A stretch of DNA of 64,000 bases from Minisyncoccota bacterium. Lineage in GTDB: Bacteria; Patescibacteriota; Minisyncoccia; UBA6257. A program made the translations under genes and the position numbers. Positions 36,158 through 45,799 of the stretch are shown one piece after another. The first letter of the stretch is position 1, and the number at the start of each line of letters is the position of its first letter. The notes beneath the pieces were generated by a model. The model was not told the origin of the DNA. It saw only the letters and a program-made list of their open reading frames with translations, and did not search any database. The DNA lies in the NCBI GenBank assembly GCA_028695015.1, contig JAQVJR010000001.1, positions 255,297 to 319,296 on the forward strand. The letters run 5' to 3'.

Positions 36158-37856
36158 GCAAAACCATAGGCCTTCTTTCTGTTTTCTTAAATAGGAATAG
36201 GCCTATTTTATTTCTTAAATTATTACGAATATATCCTTCATTAAATGTATGGCCACTAGTAGAAGAACTAACTATTTCCCTAATTAGTTTTTTAGTTTGA
36301 TTAATTAAATCTTTTGATTCTTTCATATAGACAAATCCTTGAGAGGTAATTTGAGGATCATTTATAAGTAGTCCTGTTTTTCTATCTACTAAGGCAACAA
36401 TAATAAAAATGCCATCAGTAGCTAAAGCTTGTCTGGCCCTAAGAACTACTTCTTTAACATCACCAACGCCTAAGCCATCAACCATAATGTAATTAGCAGG
36501 AACAAATTTTTGAGTGGCTGTTATTTTGTTTTTTGTTAATTCGATTACCTGGCCATTAATAGCCAATACAATATTATTAGGAGCAATACCGACTGATTCA
36601 GCTAATTCTGCATGTGCTTTTAACATTGAATAGTGACCATGGATAGGAATAAAGAACTTAGGCTTAACTAAATTAATCATTGTTTTTAAATCTTCTTGAT
36701 AGCCATGGCCTGAAGCGTGAATATCAAGCATTTTATAATGATAGATTTTAGCACCTTGTTTAGCTAAATTATCTTTTAAGTTTTGAACAGCCAATTCATT
36801 GCCAGGGACCACAGAAGAAGAAAAGATCACAACATCTTTTTTCTGGATTCTAAGATGTTTATGTTGTCGGTTAACAATTCGCATTAAAACCGCCTCTGAT
36901 TCTCCTTGGGCGCCAGTACAAAGAACAGTGAGTTTATTTGGCTCTAATCGGCTTGCTGTTTTCCAATCAACAATAGTGCCTTTCTTAATTGATAGATATT
37001 TTAATTTTTCTGCAATAGCAATATTGGTTTTCATAGAAAATCCTTCAATAACAACCTTTCGATTGTATTTTTCTGAAAGCCAAATTGCTTGTTGGGCTCG
37101 GCTGATTAGTGAGGCAAAAGTTGATAAAATAATCCTACCTTTTGCATCTCTAAAAACAGGGTCCATATTATCCATAATTGTTTTTTCAGAGATAGAATGA
37201 CCAGGGTTTTCAGCTCCAGTTGAATCAGCCATTAAGAGAGTTGTTCCTTTTGAAGCTAAGTCAATAATACGTGAGAGATCAGCAGGTTTATCTGCAATGG
37301 GTTGAAGGTCAAATTTAAAATCTGTAGCAAACATAATCAAGCCAGCAGGACTATCTATAGCCAATCCAAGAGTGTCAGGTATATTATGGTTTAAGTGAAA
37401 AGGAGTAATCTTAAATGGACCTAAGGTGAATTTCTTCCCTGGATGGGTTTCCTGGATATTAAGTTTCTTTAAATTAGAAAAATCTTCTTGCCTTTTTAAA
37501 ATGATTCCTTTGCTTAAGGGAGCAGTAAAGATTGGTGGATAATTGATCTTGTCAATTAGATAAGGAATAGCACCAATATGATCATAATGAGCATGAGTGA
37601 TAACAACTCCTAGTATTTTTTTCTCTGGGTGTTTAGTTAAGTATTCTATATTAGGAATAATAAAATCAATCCCAGGCATATCTTCATCAGGGAATTGTAA
37701 TCCCATATCAACAATTAAAACTTGATTTTGGTATTCAAACAAGGTCATATTACGACCAATTTCTTCCAAACCACCCAAAGGAATAATCTTTAAAGAATCC
37801 ATGGATTGTTTTGTTTTTCTATGAGAAAATTTTTGATGTTTTTTATTTGTAGACAT
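36138..37856 (-). CDS. rnj: Ribonuclease J
   Basis: LGGLEEIGRNM, THAHYDHIG, TGAQGE, HASGH. Confidence 0.96.
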   Translation of the reverse strand: MSTNKKHQKFSHRKTKQSMDSLKIIPLGGLEEIGRNMTLFEYQNQVLIVDMGLQFPDEDMPGIDFIIPNIEYLTKHPEKKILGVVITHAHYDHIGAIPYLIDKINYPPIFTAPLSKGIILKRQEDFSNLKKLNIQETHPGKKFTLGPFKITPFHLNHNIPDTLGLAIDSPAGLIMFATDFKFDLQPIADKPADLSRIIDLASKGTTLLMADSTGAENPGHSISEKTIMDNMDPVFRDAKGRIILSTFASLISRAQQAIWLSEKYNRKVVIEGFSMKTNIAIAEKLKYLSIKKGTIVDWKTASRLEPNKLTVLCTGAQGESEAVLMRIVNRQHKHLRIQKKDVVIFSSSVVPGNELAVQNLKDNLAKQGAKIYHYKMLDIHASGHGYQEDLKTMINLVKPKFFIPIHGHYSMLKAHAELAESVGIAPNNIVLAINGQVIELTKNKITATQKFVPANYIMVDGLGVGDVKEVVLRARQALATDGIFIIVALVDRKTGLLINDPQITSQGFVYMKESKDLINQTKKLIREIVSSSTSGHTFNEGYIRNNLRNKIGLFLFKKTERRPMVLPIVIEV

Positions 37857-37896
37857 CTTTTTATTATTTAATTTTACTATTTTAAAAATTGTTTAG

Positions 37897-37980
37897 TGCC
37901 TTGAGGGAGATTCGAACTCCCAATCCCTTATGGGAACTAGCATCTGAAGCTAGCGCGTATACCAATTTCGCCATCAAGGC
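37897..37980 (-). tRNA. tRNA-Leu(CAG)
   Basis: CTAGC-ttcagat-GCTAG, long variable arm. Confidence 0.94.
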
Positions 37981-37995
37981 GGGCTTTATAAAAAA

Positions 37996-39660
37996 CTATT
38001 TTAAAACCCTTTTAGAGTATAAATACCAATTTTCTACATCAGTGAATTTTTCTGAAGGTAGATTAGCATATTCAATGTGATTGCCTTTTACAGATTGAGG
38101 CAAAAGATAAAGATAAAATGGATTGTATAAGAAAATTGCTGGCTTTTCTTCTGCGAGAAGCGTTTGGATATTGCTTAAGTTTTCAAGACGCTTTTTTTCA
38201 TTAAAGGTTTGTCTAGCTATTTCTAAAAACTTATCTAGTTCTTTGTTTTGAAACATAGAGAGATTAAGTCCAGGATCAGTGATTTGAGATGAATGCCAGA
38301 ACGAGTATAAGTCAGGATTTTGACCAACTATTTCTCCAAAAAGAAAAGCTTCATAAGAGCGAGGTTGAATAACTTCTTTTTCCAAAGTCGCTAAGGGCAA
38401 TATTTGTAATTCTACAGAAAAACCTATCTTCTCCCAACTATTAACAAGATAATTAGCTACTTTAATCAATTCTGTATTATGAGGCAAAGAGAGAGTAAAG
38501 CTAATTGGTTCTTCTTTTGCCAATCCTGAAGAATTAATTAGTTCCTTAGCTGCTTCTAAGGAATATTCTGGTATTTTATTAAATTCTTGTTCAGCCCCAG
38601 AACCTAAGAAACCAGGAGTTATTGGCCCGCCTAAGGCAATAGCTTGTTCTTGTAGTATTTCTTTAGTTAGTTCTTCTCTGGAAATTGCTAAATCTAAGGC
38701 TTGGCGAATATTTTCATTTTTAAAGAGAGGATTATTGAAATTAAGAAAGACAGCATAATATCGGGCTAAGATTAAAGAATTAATTTTAATATTTTTTTTA
38801 TTAACAAAAAAATCAAAATCTTCAATGAAAAGGGGAAAGAATCCGTCAATTTCTTTTTTCAATAAACCATTTTTCATTGAATCATAATTATCATAAAATT
38901 TGAAAATGATTTTTGAAATGTAGGGTTTGTTTTTAAAATATTTATCATTAGCCACCAAGGAATAATTAACAATTTTCCCTTTTTCAGTTTTCTCTATATT
39001 ATCAAAGAGATAAGGACCAGTTCCTATAGGTGTGAGATTGTATTTTGCAGTGTTAAAAAAACTAGGTTCAATATCTTCCCAAACATGTTTGGGAATTATT
39101 TTCAAAGTGAGATTTTGGAGAAAGGGTTGGTAAGTGTTCTTAAGATTAAAACGAATAATATTATCTCCGAGTTTTTCTACTACCACTCCTTCCCAATTGA
39201 GTCTCAAAGGGCTTTTTATTTTTGGATTTTGAATTGTTTCAATAGTAAAAACCACATCATCGGCAGTAAATTCAACACCATCATGCCAGAGGATATTATC
39301 TTTTAGGAAAATTGTATAACTAGTTCCATCTTCGTTAATTTCAACTTTTTCTGCTAATGCTGGCTCTAAAGATCCCTGACCATCTATACTAAAAAGACTG
39401 CTATAAATTAATTCACTAATATCGCGCTCACAATCATTAGATTGAGAGAGAACAGGATTTATATAAGAAGGAATTCCAATAGCTCCAAAAAGAAGTTTGC
39501 CTCCTTCTTTTGGCTCTAAAACAGTGATTTGAGTAAGTAAATTACTAAAAAAAACAACAATCCCAATAAGGAGTATTATTAAAAACAAAAAACATAATAA
39601 TCTTTCTTTTAATGTTAAAAGAAACCATTTTTTAAAGAAAGACTTTAAAAGATTTTTCAT
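37996..39660 (-). CDS. ABC transporter substrate-binding protein, family 5 (peptide/nickel)
   Basis: WHDGVEFTADDVVFT, PIGTGPY, RQALDLAI. Confidence 0.92.
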   Translation of the reverse strand: MKNLLKSFFKKWFLLTLKERLLCFLFLIILLIGIVVFFSNLLTQITVLEPKEGGKLLFGAIGIPSYINPVLSQSNDCERDISELIYSSLFSIDGQGSLEPALAEKVEINEDGTSYTIFLKDNILWHDGVEFTADDVVFTIETIQNPKIKSPLRLNWEGVVVEKLGDNIIRFNLKNTYQPFLQNLTLKIIPKHVWEDIEPSFFNTAKYNLTPIGTGPYLFDNIEKTEKGKIVNYSLVANDKYFKNKPYISKIIFKFYDNYDSMKNGLLKKEIDGFFPLFIEDFDFFVNKKNIKINSLILARYYAVFLNFNNPLFKNENIRQALDLAISREELTKEILQEQAIALGGPITPGFLGSGAEQEFNKIPEYSLEAAKELINSSGLAKEEPISFTLSLPHNTELIKVANYLVNSWEKIGFSVELQILPLATLEKEVIQPRSYEAFLFGEIVGQNPDLYSFWHSSQITDPGLNLSMFQNKELDKFLEIARQTFNEKKRLENLSNIQTLLAEEKPAIFLYNPFYLYLLPQSVKGNHIEYANLPSEKFTDVENWYLYSKRVLK

Positions 39661-39671
39661 TTAAAAAGGAA

Positions 39672-39890
39672 TTAAATCAGAAAAGAAACAATTGCTAAAA
39701 GAATGAATAAAGCGCCTAAAACAATCGTTGAGATGAAAATGGTTTTTTCTAATCCTCTCCGAGTGCCATAAAACTGAGAAGTTAAACCACCTAAAGCGCC
39801 CATACCACTACCTCTTTGTTGAAGAAGGACTAAGGTAATTAGTAAAACACCAACAATAATTTGAAGAATGGTTAAAAAAGATTGACTCAT
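39672..39890 (-). CDS. secG: Preprotein translocase SecG
   Basis: Two TM helices, LLQQRGSGMG, TRRGLEK. Confidence 0.92.
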   Translation of the reverse strand: MSQSFLTILQIIVGVLLITLVLLQQRGSGMGALGGLTSQFYGTRRGLEKTIFISTIVLGALFILLAIVSFLI

Positions 39891-40243
39891 AATTTATGAA
39901 TTAAAGAATTAAAGATACTAAGAATCATTGAAGCAGCAAACCAAGTTAAAGGTAATTGAATTAGAAGTGAGGCAGTAAAACAGGTGACTAGCTTTAAGAT
40001 AATAATATTAATAACAAAAGAGAAAAGCCCAAGGGTTATCCAAATAAAAGGCAGGAAAATAAGTCTTAAGATAGGCTTGATAAAAAAATTAACTAACGTA
40101 ATAACTAAGGCTAATATTAATAACTGAGAAAAATCTCCCTGAAAATAAAAATCATTCAGTAAATTATTGAAAAGAGCTTGGCATAATAAAATCGCTAAAG
40201 AATTGAAAATTATGCCAAAGAAGATTTTTCTAAAAAAATTCAT
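39887..40243 (-). CDS. 4-TM phage-holin-like (YvlD-type) membrane protein
   Basis: VNFFIKPILRLIFLPF..ITLGLFSFVIN. Confidence 0.85.
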   Translation of the reverse strand: MNFFRKIFFGIIFNSLAILLCQALFNNLLNDFYFQGDFSQLLILALVITLVNFFIKPILRLIFLPFIWITLGLFSFVINIIILKLVTCFTASLLIQLPLTWFAASMILSIFNSLIHKL

Positions 40244-40296
40244 TTAAAGAGAACTTTTAAAGTATACAGTAATAATTTTTAAAAGTCAAAAATTAA

Positions 40297-41895
40297 CTAT
40301 TTTTTAATATTTAATAAAGGTAATAGACTTTGGCCAGTCATTTCTGGGGGAATTGGCAAACCAAATAGTTCTAAGATAGTGGGAGCAACATCAGCAAGCA
40401 TGCCTCCAGCCCATCTTTCAATTTCTGCTATCTCTTTTTCTGTTCGTGGCGCAGAAAGCTTCCAACGAGAATCAATAAGATAAAAAGGAACTAAGCTTGC
40501 ATCATGTTCTGTTTCTATTTCGCCTGTAATAGGATTCATCATTCTTTCTAAGTTTCCATGGTCAGCAGTAATGATTGTAGTGTATTGAAGGTCTAGGCTT
40601 TTTTTAATTATTTTCCCTACTTCTTGGTCAATGATTTTAGCACATTCTATTCCTGATTTGATATTACCTGTATGGCCAATTAAATCAGGGCTAGCATAAT
40701 TAACCAAAATGAATTCATAAATATTTTCTTCAAAAGCTTGAATAAGGCGAGTACTGATTTCCAATGATTTTAAAGCGGGGTAATCTTCTAAGCGCAATGT
40801 TTTTATAGAAGGGATAATTACCCAATATTCCCCAGGAAAGGGTTTTTCTTTAAGGCAATTGAAGAAATAGGTAACATGAGCATATTTTTCTGTTTCTGCT
40901 AGGTGGAATTGTCTTTTGCCATATTGAGAAAGAATTTGTGATAAACAAGCAGTGACTTTTTGAGGTGGAAAAGCAACTTTTACTGGGAATTCTTTTTTAT
41001 ACTCAGTAAAGGTAGCAATTTTTAATCCTGGAATATTTTTAACAGGGAATTCTTTAAACTCAGGCATACTAAAAGCTTCTACTAATTGCCTCATCCTTTC
41101 TTCTCGAAAATTAAAAAATATTATACCATCGTTTTCTTTTATAAATCCTAAAGAATCTGGATTTTGATCTTCTTCAATAATAGCTGGGACAATAAATTCA
41201 TCAGTAATTCCTTCTTGATAACTTTCTTTAAGATAAACAAGTGGATCTTTTATTATCTTACCTTTGCCTTCAGTTAAAATATCATAGCTTTTAGCAATAC
41301 GGCTAAAATTTTGATCTCTATCCATAGCATAAAAACGACCAGCAATACTAGCAATTCTGCCCACATTCTTTTTTTTCATATCTTTCATTAATTGGGCTAC
41401 TAAATCCAAGGCTCTTTTTGGAGGAGAGTCTCTGCCATCAGTAAAAAGATGGAGGTTAACCTTAGATATCTTTAAAGAATTAGCTAAATCTAAAAGAGCT
41501 AATAGATGATTGTATGCACTATGGACAATATTCTCACTTAATAATCCAGCTAAATGCAAGGTGCTGTCATTTTCTTTTACATGATTGGCTACTTCTAAAA
41601 GAGCAGGATTTTGAAAAAAAGATCCATTTTCTATGCTTTGAGATATTCGAACTGAATATTGATATATTATTTGACCGCTGCCTAATGTTAGATGACCTAC
41701 TTCACTATTACCAGCTCGATTAAATGGTAAGCCAACTGCTATGCCAGATGCTTGAAGAGAAAGCATTGGGTAATATTTTTTTATTTTATCTAAATTAGGG
41801 GTGCCAGCTCGATAGATGGCATTAGTGAAATTTTTTTCTCCTATTCCCCAACCATCTAAAATTATTAAACAAATTTTTGAACAAAGACGAGGCAT
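40297..41895 (-). CDS. gpmI: 2,3-BPG-independent phosphoglycerate mutase
   Basis: LIILDGWG, GNSEVGH, DGRD, GRFYAMDRD, AETEKYAHVT, TADHGN; start 41895 preferred over 41928. Confidence 0.96.
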   Translation of the reverse strand: MPRLCSKICLIILDGWGIGEKNFTNAIYRAGTPNLDKIKKYYPMLSLQASGIAVGLPFNRAGNSEVGHLTLGSGQIIYQYSVRISQSIENGSFFQNPALLEVANHVKENDSTLHLAGLLSENIVHSAYNHLLALLDLANSLKISKVNLHLFTDGRDSPPKRALDLVAQLMKDMKKKNVGRIASIAGRFYAMDRDQNFSRIAKSYDILTEGKGKIIKDPLVYLKESYQEGITDEFIVPAIIEEDQNPDSLGFIKENDGIIFFNFREERMRQLVEAFSMPEFKEFPVKNIPGLKIATFTEYKKEFPVKVAFPPQKVTACLSQILSQYGKRQFHLAETEKYAHVTYFFNCLKEKPFPGEYWVIIPSIKTLRLEDYPALKSLEISTRLIQAFEENIYEFILVNYASPDLIGHTGNIKSGIECAKIIDQEVGKIIKKSLDLQYTTIITADHGNLERMMNPITGEIETEHDASLVPFYLIDSRWKLSAPRTEKEIAEIERWAGGMLADVAPTILELFGLPIPPEMTGQSLLPLLNIKK

Positions 41896-41938
41896 AAATT
41901 TAAAATTATTACCATTAGTATATCTCATTTTCTAATTT

Positions 41939-41967
41939 TTGACAAAAGATATTTTCTTGGCTATAAT
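41939..41967 (+). promoter_or_regulatory. Sigma70 promoter upstream of rny leader
   Basis: TTGACA-N17-TATAAT perfect consensus. Confidence 0.75.
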
Positions 41968-42046
41968 GATTACAATTAAGCCGCACTTATCTAATAACAG
42001 AAATCAAGGCTTAATGTTTCGTAAAGAATTTTAGTCTAAATTGGTA

Positions 42047-42252
42047 CTATTAATTCTCTAGCAGAATAATTCTTGTAAAATAATGTTAAAGTTTATCTTT
42101 TTCTTTCTTAATTGGTTATTTATCTTTCAATTCTTTAGTTTAAGTAATAAAACAAGCTTAAAGAGTTTTTTATTGCTGAGTAATGAAAGAATAGTCAATT
42201 GATAGAGAAAGGAATTTGTTGATTTATTAAACAAGAAAATAGAGAATAATAG
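42047..42252 (+). ncRNA. Candidate 6S-like rod-shaped RNA or structured rny leader
   Basis: Nested long-range inverted repeats forming a ~200-nt imperfect rod; no ORF in the track. Confidence 0.45.
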
Positions 42253-42274
42253 GCCTTAACTTAAATAATGGCTT

Positions 42275-43810
42275 ATGTTTAATTTTAATGTTTTTAATGT
42301 CTTTATTGGCATTGTATCTTTAAGTATTGGAGGTTTTCTAGGCTATATTATTCGTCAGAAAATCGCTCAAAAATCATCTGAATCAATTGAATCAAAATTA
42401 AAAACACGAATAGAAAAAGTTCGTGAAGAGGCAAAAAGTATTGTTTTAGAAGCTAGGGAAAAAGCAGCTCAAGTTTTAGAAGAAGCAGAAAAAGAGAAAA
42501 AAGCAAGAAAAACTTTATTAGACAAAACTGAATCTAGGTTATTGCAAAGAGAAGAATTATTAGATAAAAGGCATATTGAGCTTAGTGAAAAAGAAGAAGA
42601 AAATAAGCAGATATATGAGAAAATTCAGTTATTAAAAACAGAATTGGAAAAAATACAGAAAAATGAATTAGATCTATTAGAGAAAATTGCAAAACTTACT
42701 CAGAAAGAAGCAAAAGAAGAATTGATGAAAAAAATAGAAAAGGAAAACAGTGAAGAGGTTTTAAAAGCTCTAAAAAAGATAGAAGTTTCTAGGCAAGAGG
42801 AAATAGAGAAAAAAGCAAAAGAAATAATGATTGGAGCAATTCAGAAATACAGTCGTTCAAATGTTGGTGAAGTAACAACAAGTGTTATTAATTTATCATC
42901 AGAAGATATTAAAGGAAAGATAATTGGTCGTGAAGGTAGGAATATTCGTCATTTTGAAAAATTGTCTGGAGTAGAATTAATAATGGATGATTCTCCAAGC
43001 ACCATAGTGCTTTCAAGCTTTGATTCAGCAAGAAGAGAGATAGCTAAGGTTGCTTTAGAAAAATTAATTCAAGATGGACGTATTCAACCAGCAAAGATTG
43101 AAGAAAAGATAGCTGAGGCCCAAACAGAAGTTAGGGAAAGAATAAAAAAAGCTGGTGAAGATGCACTTTATGAAGTTGGTATCTTAGATTTACCTCAAGA
43201 ATTGGTTTATCTAGTAGGTAGATTGAATTTTAGGACAAGTTATGGGCAAAATGCTCTTACTCACTCAATAGAAGTTTCTTTATTAGCTGCAGCTTTAGCT
43301 TCAGAATTAGGAGCTGATATAGAAATATGTAAAAAAGCTGGTTTACTTCATGATATTGGTAAAGCAGTGGATCAAGAAATAGAAGGCACTCACTTAGAAT
43401 TAGGTAGGAGAATATTGATAAAATACAATATGCCAGAAGAAATTGTTAAAGCAATGCAATCCCATCATGATACTTATCCTATAGAAACCATAGAAGCTGC
43501 AATTGTAAATGCAGCTGATGCAATTTCAGCCTCAAGGCCTGGAGCTAGAAAAGACTCAATTGAGGCTTATCTTAAAAGATTAGCTAATTTAGAAGAAATT
43601 GCCTCTTCTTATGAAGGAGTGGAAAAAGTATATGCTATTTCTGCTGGCAGGGAAGTTAGGATTTTTGTTCAACCAGAAAAAATAGATGATTTAGGAGCTA
43701 TTAAATTGGCTAAGGAAATTGCCAATCGTCTAGAAGAAACCTTGAAATTCCCAGGAGAAATAAAAGTTACAGTAATTAGAGAAACGAGGGTAGTAGAGGT
43801 AGCGAGATAA
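42275..43810 (+). CDS. rny: Ribonuclease Y
   Basis: TM, coiled coil, KH (KGKIIGREGRNIR), RTSYGQN, LLHDIGK, ADAISASRPGAR. Confidence 0.97.
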   Translation: MFNFNVFNVFIGIVSLSIGGFLGYIIRQKIAQKSSESIESKLKTRIEKVREEAKSIVLEAREKAAQVLEEAEKEKKARKTLLDKTESRLLQREELLDKRHIELSEKEEENKQIYEKIQLLKTELEKIQKNELDLLEKIAKLTQKEAKEELMKKIEKENSEEVLKALKKIEVSRQEEIEKKAKEIMIGAIQKYSRSNVGEVTTSVINLSSEDIKGKIIGREGRNIRHFEKLSGVELIMDDSPSTIVLSSFDSARREIAKVALEKLIQDGRIQPAKIEEKIAEAQTEVRERIKKAGEDALYEVGILDLPQELVYLVGRLNFRTSYGQNALTHSIEVSLLAAALASELGADIEICKKAGLLHDIGKAVDQEIEGTHLELGRRILIKYNMPEEIVKAMQSHHDTYPIETIEAAIVNAADAISASRPGARKDSIEAYLKRLANLEEIASSYEGVEKVYAISAGREVRIFVQPEKIDDLGAIKLAKEIANRLEETLKFPGEIKVTVIRETRVVEVAR

Positions 43811-43943
43811 AAACCCTTTACTAAAAGGTTTTACTTTACTTAATTCTTTTGATATAATAAAGAGAATCAAATATTAACTAAAAAGGTCGACCCCCTTTTA
43901 AATAACTTTCATTTAAAAGGAACATTTGTAAAAAATAAATATT

Positions 43944-44216
43944 ATGACAAAAGAAGGATTAATTGAAGCTATTGTTAATAAAATAGGTTGTTCTAAAAAA
44001 GACGCTGCTGAAGCTTTAGAGGCTATCTTAGATACTATTACTAAGGCCTTAGTTTCAGGAGATACGGTTACCGTTACTGGTTTTGGCACTTTTTCTGCTA
44101 GAAAAAGAGCTGCTCGTCAAGGAGTTAATCCTAAAACCGGTGAAAGAATCCAAATTCCAGCTATGACTGTCCCTAAGTTTAAAGCGGGAAAAGGATTAAA
44201 AGATGCAGTAAGATAA
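43944..44216 (+). CDS. hup: DNA-binding protein HU
   Basis: GFGTF, RQGVNPKTGERIQIPA, PKFKAGK. Confidence 0.95.
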   Translation: MTKEGLIEAIVNKIGCSKKDAAEALEAILDTITKALVSGDTVTVTGFGTFSARKRAARQGVNPKTGERIQIPAMTVPKFKAGKGLKDAVR

Positions 44217-44239
44217 TAAAGGATTATTCTTTGAATTTT

Positions 44240-44268
44240 AAAATCCCAGCTGAAAAAGCTGGGATTTT
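44240..44268. terminator. Bidirectional intrinsic terminator
   Basis: AAAATCCCAGC-tgaaaaa-GCTGGGATTTT. Confidence 0.85.
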
Positions 44269-44285
44269 GCTTATTAATTTAGGGT

Positions 44286-45092
44286 TTAGAGATTTTTCAA
44301 AGACAGGGAGATTTTATTGTTTTCAGTAGAGATTATCCTTGCTTCTTTAATCTCTCCTTCTTTTAAAATCTTATCAATATCTTCTGGGGCTGGAGCTGGG
44401 TCTGAAATCTCTGAAAGATGGATTAATCCGTCAATTCCTGAATCTTCTAATTTTACAAAAGCACCAAAATCAACAATTTTTGTAATTTTTACCTTAACTT
44501 TATCTTCTACTTGATAGTTTTTAATAATATTTTTTAACTTATCTTTTTCAACTAACTTTTCTGAAAGGATTAGCTTGTTTGTTGCTTGATCAAAGTCTAA
44601 AACCTTTACTTGAATCTCTTTACCAATAAGAGTTTTTAATTTTTCTAAAATCTCAGACTTTTTTCCTTGCTCAACTTTAGGATAATGCTCAGCTGCTAAT
44701 TGAGAAGCAGGTAAAAATCCTTTAATGCTTTCTGTTTTACCCATTAAGCCTCCAGTATTAGCTTCAAGAATTACAAAAGGAAAGCTTTCATTTTTATTCT
44801 TAAGTTCTTTTATAGTTTCCCACGATTTCTTTCGTTCAAGATTTTCTAAAGACAGTTCAATAAAACCTTCTTCATTATTCCAATCAATGATTTTAACAAA
44901 AACTTTATCTTCAGGAGAAAGGCTTTTAATATAATCTCTAGATTCAAGGAATTCTGGCCCTTGAATAATACCAGTGCCATAAGGAGAAAGATCTATAATT
45001 AAAGATTTTTCTTTTTTTCCTAAAATTACCCCTTCTAAAAGAGAACCAATAAGGGGCAATGAGATTGAGTTGTTTTTTTTCAGTAAAGTCAT
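44286..45092 (-). CDS. Three-S1-domain protein (short ribosomal protein S1-like)
   Basis: EANTGGL, GFLPASQL, DFGAFV..DGLIHLSEIS; start moved to ATG 45092 because the track start lies in tRNA-Phe. Confidence 0.88.
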   Translation of the reverse strand: MTLLKKNNSISLPLIGSLLEGVILGKKEKSLIIDLSPYGTGIIQGPEFLESRDYIKSLSPEDKVFVKIIDWNNEEGFIELSLENLERKKSWETIKELKNKNESFPFVILEANTGGLMGKTESIKGFLPASQLAAEHYPKVEQGKKSEILEKLKTLIGKEIQVKVLDFDQATNKLILSEKLVEKDKLKNIIKNYQVEDKVKVKITKIVDFGAFVKLEDSGIDGLIHLSEISDPAPAPEDIDKILKEGEIKEARIISTENNKISLSLKNL

Positions 45093-45129
45093 ATGATTAA
45101 AACTTAAAAATATCAATAGTTTTTTAAAG

Positions 45130-45438
45130 TGCCGAGGCGGTGAATCGAACACCGGACGCTTTGCTCTTCCGAATATTCTCTAAATTACTTTAGAGTTTGG
45201 ACTATATCATCACCCTATTTATAGGGGCTGGGCGCTTTGAAGCAAATATTTACTTGCCCCTACTCTTAAAAAAGATAGTCTCTACACCTCCCTATTTGAA
45301 AATTAATTCAATTAGGTTTGGCTCGGAATTGCCCAAGACAATATTTGGGTTTTTCCGATTTCACCCAGTTTGCAATCCATATTACTATGGAATGGCCCAA
45401 AGATTTAGGCAAACGCTCTACCACTGAGCTACCTCGGC
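45130..45438 (-). tRNA. tRNA-Phe(GAA), intron-split (exons 45438-45407 and 45169-45130)
   Basis: Joined exons give GCCGAGG...TTTGC-ct|gaaga-GCAAA...GTTCGATT...CCTCGGCA. Confidence 0.92.
45170..45406 (-). ncRNA. Group I self-splicing intron, 237 nt, no homing endonuclease
   Basis: P1 with U-G pair at the 5' splice site, P10, P2 and P9 with GUAA tetraloops, P3 CUGGGUG/CGCCCAG, P7 GACUA/UAGUC, terminal G. Confidence 0.9.
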
Positions 45439-45545
45439 TTAATATTAAATAAAAAGTTTAGATAACTTTTATTTAATCTTCTATTTTATTATAAAGGTTT
45501 GTGCTGTCTATTCTATCTTATTATTGAAATAAAATCAATTATTAG

Positions 45546-45619
45546 TGGGCAGTATAGGATTCGAACCTATGACCTCATGAATGTAAGTCATGCGCTCTAA
45601 CCAGCTGAGCTAACTGCCC
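45546..45619 (-). tRNA. tRNA-Val(TAC)
   Basis: CATGA-cttacat-TCATG. Confidence 0.95.
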
Positions 45620-45632
45620 TGTAATTGACAAG

Positions 45633-45705
45633 TGGACCCGAGGGGACTCGAACCCCTGACCTCTACTATGCCATAGTAGCGCTCTACCAACTAAGCTACG
45701 GGCCC
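45633..45705 (-). tRNA. tRNA-Ala(GGC)
   Basis: CTACT-atggcat-AGTAG; G3-U70. Confidence 0.95.
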
Positions 45706-45799
45706 TTTGTTTGTTAAGCTTACCAACTTTCATTTAATTTTTCAAGAAATATCTTTTTCTTTTTAATGAAGAATGTGATAAGATTTATTTATTAAAACT

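Noticed and set aside
39887-40243. Holin-like gene as evidence of a prophage
   Set aside because: Isolated between gpmI and secG with no phage genes; this family is common on chromosomes
45197-45427. 76-aa ORF as an intron-encoded endonuclease
   Set aside because: Antisense to the intron, overlaps the tRNA exon and has no LAGLIDADG, GIY-YIG or HNH motif
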